DNA from: Candidatus Uhrbacteria bacterium
GTDB lineage: Bacteria; Patescibacteriota; Patescibacteriia; UBA9934
Direction: 5' to 3'
Assembly: GCA_903827265.1 (NCBI GenBank)
Contig: CAIKHN010000003.1
Location: forward strand, 24,392 to 88,391
Length of the DNA stretch: 64,000 nt
This document shows positions 57,680-64,000 of this stretch, one piece after another (positions within the stretch are counted from its first letter, which is position 1; each line of letters starts with the position of its first letter). The notes under the pieces are model-generated. The model did no database searches and had not been told where the DNA came from. It saw nothing but the letters and a program-made list of their open reading frames with translations. Both the position numbers and the translations under genes were made by a program.

Positions 57680-57932
57680 ATTGACATTTCCCCAAATTTC
57701 TGCTATAGTACTTTGTTCACAACTGATGCCTTTTCAAGTCCAGTCCATACAAGCAGTGAAGCGAAATCTTCACTTCTGTCATGGTCTGGGTTTCACTCCC
57801 GACGTCGCTTAATTCTGAGCGCGTGAGGGGTGTCCCTCGATCAACGTTCTCGTCCGAAACCCCAAGGCCATAGGAGCCATCATGTCCCAGAACCTCGTCC
57901 CGTTCTTCCTCCTCGTCCTCGCCACCGCCTGC
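57680..57932 (+). repeat. Duplicated promoter + leader + SD + lipoprotein signal module, copy 2
   Basis: TTGACA(57681)-17-TATAGT(57704), same leader, MSQNLVPFFLLVLATAC. Confidence 0.9.
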
Positions 57933-58583
57933 TCCATCGACACCGTGCCGCCGACCACCGGTAGCAATGCCGGCGAATCCCAGTACACCTGGGGCACGCC
58001 CGGCACCAGCACCGGCAACAACTCGTCCTCGGACGAGGACACCGGCGAGGCGGCCGACACCGCGGACACCTCCGACACCGGTGACAGCGCCGAGGTGATC
58101 GACACCGCGGACACGGCCGACATCGACACCGGTGTCGAGGCCATCACGGCCACCGTTTACATCTGGCCGAAGGCCAAGTGGAACGAGTCCGTCTCCATGT
58201 CGGGGTGCCCGACCGTGTCCTTCCTCACCCCCGCGAACATCAGCGAGGGCGAAGGGTTCGACGGAACCATCGCCGACACGGATAGCAGCTGCGGCTACGT
58301 CCAGGCCACGATCACCTACATCCCCGGCCAGGTCATCACGACCGAAGCCAAGTGGAATGATGGCGTCCGCGACCGGTTCCTCGCTGAGAAGGGCAACGTG
58401 GTCAACTCGTTGTCCACCGCGGTCCTCATCGGCTACAGCAACGGCTGTCTCGCCGAGTTGGCAATCGACTCCACGGGAACGGACACCGCGGAGGGCAGTG
58501 CCTACTGGCACAGCAACTGGGACAGCTCGGGTGGGGAGCTCTACCTCCACACCCCGACCGACACCAGCGACTGTTCGTTCTAG
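57882..58583 (+). CDS. GC-rich orphan lipoprotein with DTG/DTAD low-complexity tract
   Basis: LATAC lipobox; EDTGEAADTADTSDTGDSAEVIDTADTADIDTG. Confidence 0.75.
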   Translation: MSQNLVPFFLLVLATACSIDTVPPTTGSNAGESQYTWGTPGTSTGNNSSSDEDTGEAADTADTSDTGDSAEVIDTADTADIDTGVEAITATVYIWPKAKWNESVSMSGCPTVSFLTPANISEGEGFDGTIADTDSSCGYVQATITYIPGQVITTEAKWNDGVRDRFLAEKGNVVNSLSTAVLIGYSNGCLAELAIDSTGTDTAEGSAYWHSNWDSSGGELYLHTPTDTSDCSF

Positions 58584-58684
58584 TCCAAGCCTTCCGCGGC
58601 ACGCGCGGTCGGCTCGCTCACACCTCATCTGGCTTCGGCTGGGTGAGGTGTTCGCATTTGAGAGCACTCGTTCTCTTTTATTTC

Positions 58685-58813
58685 GAGCAAGTGCATAATT
58701 TTCGACCAGTTTCGGTGCGCGACGAAGGCGGGAGCGTCAAGACGTACGTTGCGGTACGTCGTCGATCACGCCGAGGACGCAAGCCGAAAGTGGGCAAAAT
58801 TATGCGCTTGCTT
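58685..58813. repeat. Palindromic repeat family copy C
   Basis: AGCAAGTGCATAATTTT CGACCAGTTTCG..AGACGTAC..GTACGTCG..GAAAGTGGGC AAAATTATGCGCTTGCT. Confidence 0.8.
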
Positions 58814-58928
58814 CTTTACTTTTCCCCAATTTTCCGCTAATATTCCTTGTCCCTCAAGTGGGGGAATGACACACTGTCATTAGGCCACCTGGCCTCACGT
58901 TCCTGAAACCTTCCCGTTCGGAGTTCCC

Positions 58929-61253
58929 ATGAACCGCTCCTTCGTTCTCACGCTTCTCGTTTCCTTCGGCTGTGCGGATCCCGTCGGCAAGTGCACGCAA
59001 CGCAACGACGACGGAAGCATGTCCATCGTGGCGGAGTGCGTCAGCAGCAATCGCTCCCTGATCGTCGACACCGGCGACACGGGCGACTCCGGAACCATCG
59101 ACAGCACCGACTCGGATTCGGGCGGTGACAGCGATTCGGTTCCGGACACCGCCGACACCGGCGATACTGCGGATACGTCCGACACCGCTGTCATCGAAAC
59201 CGGCGACTCGGATACCGACACCGCGGACACGTCTGACACCGGCGACACCGGCGACACCGCGGACATCATCGATGTGGACGGCGACGGCTTCGCGGCCGAC
59301 GTCGACTGCGACGATACGGATGCCGGAATCAACCCCGATGCCGTGGAAATGTGCGACAACGTCGACAACAACTGCGACGGCGTCATCGACAATGATGCCG
59401 CGGATCGGACGACGTACTACGTCGATGCCGACAGCGATGGCTACGGCGATGTCTCCCTCAGCGTGTTGTCGTGCGACCCGGTTCCGGGTTCCGTTCTCGA
59501 CGGGACGGACTGCGACGATAGCGACTCGACCGTTTATCCGTATGCCGTTGAAGATTGCACGGACACCGTCGATCTCAACTGCGATGGCTCCGTCGGCGCG
59601 TCTGATCTGGACGGCGATGGAACGATCGCCTGCGAGGATTGCGACGACGTCGATGCGTCCGCGTATCCCGGTAACACGGAAACGTGCGATGGTGTCGACA
59701 ACGACTGCGACAAAACCGTCGACAACGATGCTTCGGACGCGCTCATCTGGTACGCCGACAGCGACGGTGACAGCTACGGCGATGCATCTGTGACCGACGT
59801 TGCGTGTTCGGCCTCGGCCGGGTACGTGGCGGACAACGCGGATTGCAACGACACTCGCGCCGATGTGAATCCTGGCGAGACGGAGCTGTGCGATGGAAGC
59901 GCCGTGGACGAGGACTGCAACGGTCTCGTGAACGACGCGGATCCGGGCATGGATCCGTCCGGGCTGTTCTACCTCTACGAGGACATGGACGGCGACGGGT
60001 ACGGCGACGTGGCGACCGAAGCGCAGTACTGTGAGTCGCCCGATTCCTCGTGGATCGGCGATAGCTCGGACTGCGACGACGCGGATGCCGGAATCAACCC
60101 CGGTGCCGTCGAGTGGTGCGACGGTGTGGATGACGACTGTGACGGCGCGGTTGACGAAAGCGGATCCGCGGGCGAAAGCACGTGGTACGCCGACGTGGAC
60201 AGCGACGGCTACGGCGATGTGTCGAGCTTCGAGAGCGCGTGCGATCAGCCGATCGGCTTCGTCGCCGACAGTGCGGACTGCGATGACGGGGACGCCTCGG
60301 CGTATCCCGGCGCCGCGGAGATCGTGGCGGACGGCATCGACCAGGACTGTGACGGAAGCGACCTCGCCAATCCGGATGCGGATAGCGATGGGTACGACGA
60401 CGTCATCTACGGCGGTACGGACTGCAACGACTCGGATGCGAGTGTCAGCCCCGGCGTCATCGAGTCCTGCGACAGCATCGACAATGATTGCGACGGGGAC
60501 GTCGACGAAAGCGGATCCGCGGGCGAAAGCACGTGGTACGCCGACGTGGACAGCGACGGCTATGGTGACGTGATGTCTTCGGAAGACGCCTGTGATCAGC
60601 CGATCGGCACCGTGAGCGACAGCTCGGACTGCGACGACACGGATACGACGGTGTACCCCGGCGCCGCGGAAATTGTGGCGGACGGCATCGACCAGGACTG
60701 CGACGGCGCGGACAGCACGCTGCCGGACAGCGATGGCGATGGCGACGCGGACGTCACCGACTGCAACGACGCCGACGCCACGGTGTATACCGGGGCAACG
60801 GAAGTTGAGGGCGACGGGATCGATAATGATTGCGACGGTGTCGAGCTGGTGTACGACGAGGACTTCGGGACCACGACCGGCCCCTGTACGGTGGGGAGCT
60901 TCGTCCGTTCGGACGGTGGTTCCATTCATCAGATGGGATCGTGCGTGATCCTCATCCAGGAAGGTGGAAGCCTCACGGCTCCGAGCGTTTCGGACGACGT
61001 CACCCTCACGGGGCTGACGGTCGGACAGACGTACACCTTCCAGTGGGATGTGGAGAACCAGTTCTCGGCAACGGTGACGATTGTCGCAGACGTGAACCGT
61101 GGAGCCCCTGACACGGTCACGATCCTCCGTGGAGGATCCGATGTCCTCGAAGTGACGTGGGCTGCGACGAGCACGTCCACCACCGCCCGCGTCTGGACCA
61201 CTGGCACGAGTTACTACGACGGAATGCTGGATGGCTTTACGGTCACCCGGTGA
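58929..61253 (+). CDS. GC-rich lipoprotein with DTG tract and tandem putative metal-binding (MopE-related) DCDD..PGA.E.CDG.D.DCDG repeats
   Basis: GGAGTTCCC-ATG; VSFGC lipobox-like; ~9 repeats of D.DGDG(Y)GD..DC(N/D)D..(Y)PG..E.CDG.D.DCDG. Confidence 0.8.
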   Translation: MNRSFVLTLLVSFGCADPVGKCTQRNDDGSMSIVAECVSSNRSLIVDTGDTGDSGTIDSTDSDSGGDSDSVPDTADTGDTADTSDTAVIETGDSDTDTADTSDTGDTGDTADIIDVDGDGFAADVDCDDTDAGINPDAVEMCDNVDNNCDGVIDNDAADRTTYYVDADSDGYGDVSLSVLSCDPVPGSVLDGTDCDDSDSTVYPYAVEDCTDTVDLNCDGSVGASDLDGDGTIACEDCDDVDASAYPGNTETCDGVDNDCDKTVDNDASDALIWYADSDGDSYGDASVTDVACSASAGYVADNADCNDTRADVNPGETELCDGSAVDEDCNGLVNDADPGMDPSGLFYLYEDMDGDGYGDVATEAQYCESPDSSWIGDSSDCDDADAGINPGAVEWCDGVDDDCDGAVDESGSAGESTWYADVDSDGYGDVSSFESACDQPIGFVADSADCDDGDASAYPGAAEIVADGIDQDCDGSDLANPDADSDGYDDVIYGGTDCNDSDASVSPGVIESCDSIDNDCDGDVDESGSAGESTWYADVDSDGYGDVMSSEDACDQPIGTVSDSSDCDDTDTTVYPGAAEIVADGIDQDCDGADSTLPDSDGDGDADVTDCNDADATVYTGATEVEGDGIDNDCDGVELVYDEDFGTTTGPCTVGSFVRSDGGSIHQMGSCVILIQEGGSLTAPSVSDDVTLTGLTVGQTYTFQWDVENQFSATVTIVADVNRGAPDTVTILRGGSDVLEVTWAATSTSTTARVWTTGTSYYDGMLDGFTVTR

Positions 61254-61259
61254 ATGCTC

Positions 61260-61298
61260 GAGCCCCTGGCCCGCTTCGGCGGTGTCCAGGGGCTCTTC
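61260..61298 (+). terminator. 3' hairpin after the metal-binding-repeat gene
   Basis: GAGCCCCTGG..CCGC TTCG GCGG..CCAGGGGCTC. Confidence 0.55.
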
Positions 61299-61322
61299 AC
61301 GTTCTCCTGATATACTTCACGC

Positions 61323-62855
61323 ATGATCCCGAATTTCCGTTCGTTATATCAGGCGTCTGAAGAGCAAACGCGTCTTGCATTCTTTGGTTTTACTGCGCTT
61401 CTTGCGCTTGGGTTCCTTGGAACGATTTTCTTTTCTCCAACGCTGGTTGTCGCGACAGTTCTCGGTGTTCTTGCTGTCGCATTCGCGTTTGCTCGTCCAA
61501 CGTGGGCATTGTGTGTGTTTGCCGTGTACCTTCCGTTCGAACCATTTTTGTTAAAGTGGGTTGCGGATGATGTGTATGTATTTGCACGATACGGGTCAGA
61601 GCTTGTGGTGTATCTCTTGCTTGCGGTGGTGTGTTGGCGAATGCTGACGGGAACCATCGTGTTTAAACGCACGCCACTTGATGTTGCATTTTGTGTGGTG
61701 GTGTTTCTTGCGCTTGTGTCTGTTGTGATGAACGCCGTGTCTCCGTGGGTTGCACTGTTGGGGTTGCGCCAGATATTCCGATTTGTTTTGCTTTTCTTTA
61801 TTGTTGTTTACCTCGCACCATCAAAAAATATTGTTCGAAAACTGCTGATCACCATGAGTATTGTTGTTGCGATTCAAGCAGGACTCGGCTATGCACAGCG
61901 TGTGATTGGAGAACCGCTTGATTCATTCTTGTTGCCGTCGGCGCAACGCACGCTTGGCGGACTGCAGCTGACGTCTGGAACAACAGAATTTTGGGATCCT
62001 GGTCAGCGGGTGTTTGGGACGCTAGGAAGGTACGATCAGTTGGGAACATTCATGGCGTTCTTTCTTGTGCTTCTTGTGGCGTTTTTGTATGAGCGATCGC
62101 TCTCGCCGTCAGAAGAATTACCGGCGTGGGCTATTCTCCTTTTCTCGCTTCCTGTTGTTGGTCTTGCATACTCGCGCTCTGCTTGGTTTGGCTTTGCGCT
62201 CGCATTTTTCTTTATTGCACTCATCATCAAGCGCGATAAACGTGTGCTCGCGGCGTCAGTTGCAGGTGGAATATTCCTTGTGGGCTATTTAATTGTTTCT
62301 GGACTTGCGGTGAATCAACTTCAAGATTCCGCGAATCAAACATTTGCGAATCGTTTCTTTGAAGCGTTCTCTGTTGCACGATGGCAAGGTGAATATTTTG
62401 GTCTTGGGCGCGTGTATTGGATGGCGCAAACCGTGTGGACTGTTGTTCCGTCGTCTCCGCTTTTTGGTCATGGACCAGGAACGTATGGCGGGGGAGCGGT
62501 TGCTGCGTTAGGGAATACAAAATTATACGATGAACTTGGCTTGCCGTTTGGTGTGTACGGCACCGAAGGATATATCGACAACAATTGGTTTAGCATGTGG
62601 GGCGAGCTTGGAACGGTTGGGCTTGGGGCGTATCTTGTGATGTTCGTGACACTCTTTTCGGCATGTATGCGAATATACCGTGAGTCGAAAGATCCTGAAG
62701 TTCGCGCACTCGCGCTTGGGGTTGCTGCGGCAATGCTCGCGGTGTCCGTCAATGCACTTCTCGCAACGTATCTTGAAGCGCGAACTCTTGCGCCGTATTT
62801 GTGGATGACAGGTGGTATGGTAGTCGCATTCGGAAAGAAAGAGGGGATTGTTTAG
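61323..62855 (+). CDS. O-antigen ligase / oligosaccharyltransferase-like (Wzy_C) membrane protein
   Basis: R.FGTLG, YSRSAW.G, GR..W, PLFG.GPG.Y, DN.W....GE.G..GL; many TM helices. Confidence 0.85.
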   Translation: MIPNFRSLYQASEEQTRLAFFGFTALLALGFLGTIFFSPTLVVATVLGVLAVAFAFARPTWALCVFAVYLPFEPFLLKWVADDVYVFARYGSELVVYLLLAVVCWRMLTGTIVFKRTPLDVAFCVVVFLALVSVVMNAVSPWVALLGLRQIFRFVLLFFIVVYLAPSKNIVRKLLITMSIVVAIQAGLGYAQRVIGEPLDSFLLPSAQRTLGGLQLTSGTTEFWDPGQRVFGTLGRYDQLGTFMAFFLVLLVAFLYERSLSPSEELPAWAILLFSLPVVGLAYSRSAWFGFALAFFFIALIIKRDKRVLAASVAGGIFLVGYLIVSGLAVNQLQDSANQTFANRFFEAFSVARWQGEYFGLGRVYWMAQTVWTVVPSSPLFGHGPGTYGGGAVAALGNTKLYDELGLPFGVYGTEGYIDNNWFSMWGELGTVGLGAYLVMFVTLFSACMRIYRESKDPEVRALALGVAAAMLAVSVNALLATYLEARTLAPYLWMTGGMVVAFGKKEGIV

Positions 62856-62873
62856 ATTTTGTCTTCGCCCCTT

Positions 62874-63315
62874 CGTTATTGCGAGGAAGGTAATCCCGAC
62901 GAAGCAATCTAGGTGTATGGATGATCGACAATTTTTTGTATATATTCTTTCGAATGTTTCAAATTCGGTTTTGTATATCGGAGTGACAAATAATCTTCCA
63001 AGGCGAATCGAGGAACATCGATCGGGTTTTGTAGAGGGTTTTACTAAAAAGTATCATTGCCATAAGTTAGTCTATTACGAGGTCCTCGAAACAGCGTATG
63101 ATGCTATCAGTCGAGAAAAGCAATTAAAGGGAGGATCGAGAAAGAAAAAAGAAGCGCTTATTGTATCGCTGAATCCGACCTGGAAGGACCTTGTGAGTGA
63201 TTTAATCTAGATTGCTTCGTCGAACGATTACGTTCTTCTCGCAAAGACTGAGTTAAAGATTGATCAGATCTTCAGTCATTGCGAGGAAGGTAATCCCGAC
63301 GAAGCAATCTAGGTG
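62874..63315. repeat. Three CGTC-type REP-like palindromes flanking the GIY-YIG gene
   Basis: Identical 38-mer ATTGCGAGGAAGGTAATCCCGACGAAGCAATCTAGGTG at 62878-62915 and 63278-63315; inverted variant at 63207-63248. Confidence 0.85.
62917..63210 (+). CDS. GIY-YIG nuclease (small, REP-associated type)
   Basis: FVYILSN..VLYIGVTNNL.RR..EH, FTKKY..KLVYYE, AISREKQLK, NP.WKDL. Confidence 0.9.
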   Translation: MDDRQFFVYILSNVSNSVLYIGVTNNLPRRIEEHRSGFVEGFTKKYHCHKLVYYEVLETAYDAISREKQLKGGSRKKKEALIVSLNPTWKDLVSDLI

Positions 63316-63342
63316 ATACGAGAACAATAAAGGGAGGCTAAT

Positions 63343-64000
63343 ATGAAAATCATCCACGTCCATAAATATTTTCATTCTCGCGATGGCGCAAGCCGGTATG
63401 AACGAGGACTGATGCGGCTTCAGGAAGAAGCTGGGCATGTTGTTGCTCCGTTTGCAATGCACGACGAGAGAAATGAACCAACGCCGTGGAGCGAATATTT
63501 TGTTTCAAATCTTGAAACGAAACACGTTGCCTTTGGCTTGAACGCGATTCGTCAATTTTTCCGCGCGGCGTGGTCCAGAGAAGCTGAGAAGAAATTTACG
63601 CAACTTCTTGACGTGTTCCGACCAGATATTATTCACGTACATAATATTTACACGCATATTTCGCCATCGATTCTTGCGGTTGCAAAACGGAGAAATATTC
63701 CTGTCGTCATGACTGTTCATGATTACGCGCTGTTGAGCGCGAATTATTCGCTGTGGGATGCATCGAACATGCGTTCTATGGATTTGCGCGATATTGGTGT
63801 TCTCGCAACGGCACGAACGCGATTTATTAAAGGATCGTTTCTTGCGACGTTGCTTCTTGAACTTGTGTTAAAAGCGCATCACGCGAAGCGACTGTATGAT
63901 GGCGCGATTGCCGAGTACACAACGTACTCGCAGTTTGTGAAAGATGTGATGGTTGGCGCGGGATTTGATGCAAAGAGAATCTCTGTGCTCGGCGCGTATG
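63343..64000 (+). CDS. Glycosyltransferase family 4, 5' part (truncated by window end)
   Basis: MKIIHVHKYFHSRDGA..GH.V..F, F.PDIIHVHNIY..ISPSIL, IPVVMTVHDY. Confidence 0.88.
   Translation, partial: MKIIHVHKYFHSRDGASRYERGLMRLQEEAGHVVAPFAMHDERNEPTPWSEYFVSNLETKHVAFGLNAIRQFFRAAWSREAEKKFTQLLDVFRPDIIHVHNIYTHISPSILAVAKRRNIPVVMTVHDYALLSANYSLWDASNMRSMDLRDIGVLATARTRFIKGSFLATLLLELVLKAHHAKRLYDGAIAEYTTYSQFVKDVMVGAGFDAKRISVLGAY

Noticed and set aside
57720-57860. Hammerhead ribozyme in the duplicated leader (CTGATG...GAAA)
   Set aside because: The core reads CTGATGC rather than CUGANGA, the other copy has TTGATGC, and the stems do not fit the hammerhead topology.
56791-57932. Diversity-generating retroelement TR/VR pair
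   Set aside because: The differences are not adenine-specific, the repeat covers promoter and signal peptide rather than a C-terminal variable region, and there is no reverse transcriptase in the window.
58854-60929. 691-aa minus-strand ORF, and similar long antisense ORFs at 55586-56806, 56828-57466, 57717-58667, 17394-18398 and 38518-39141
   Set aside because: Shadow ORFs caused by high GC3 on the true coding strand; the opposite-strand ORFs have SD motifs, signal peptides or recognisable motifs.
1-64000. Alternative genetic code (UGA recoding as in Gracilibacteria/Absconditabacteria)
   Set aside because: Core genes and very long ORFs are intact under the standard code, and TGA serves as a stop (e.g. 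ybeY, the AI-2E gene).

Overview
This looks like a chromosome segment from a Patescibacteria/CPR bacterium, probably ABY1/Uhrbacteria-like. That call is inferred from the VirB2-type pilin-fused giant surface proteins, the TSP3-repeat proteins, the MRIHRHR N-terminal extension on IF3 and the mostly Shine-Dalgarno-less starts. Core genes are yqeY (partial), hflX, ybeY, dgkA, ftsA, ftsZ, nrdR, pyk, tRNA-Asp, rplT-rpmI-infC, tmRNA, smpB and a surface-glycosylation cluster. An ~11.8-kb element is integrated at the 3' end of tRNA-Asp (15-bp direct repeats at 26601 and 38370). It carries a large serine recombinase whose C-terminus is swapped on integration/excision, and a 1970-aa nuclease-STAND (Avs-like) defence gene. 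The most striking pattern is two gene classes. Core genes are mid-GC and start ...tATG with no SD. At least nine scattered orphan genes are GC-enriched and have GGAG/GAGG SD motifs; most have their own sigma70 promoter, and several have structured leaders and 3' hairpins. They encode lipoproteins with Asp-Thr-Gly repeats and an apparent outer-membrane beta-barrel, which suggests they are tuned for a different (host-like) translation and envelope system. The window also holds a ~125-nt palindromic repeat family with covarying outer stems, and REP-like repeats around a GIY-YIG gene. All functional calls come from motif recognition by eye; no searches were run.
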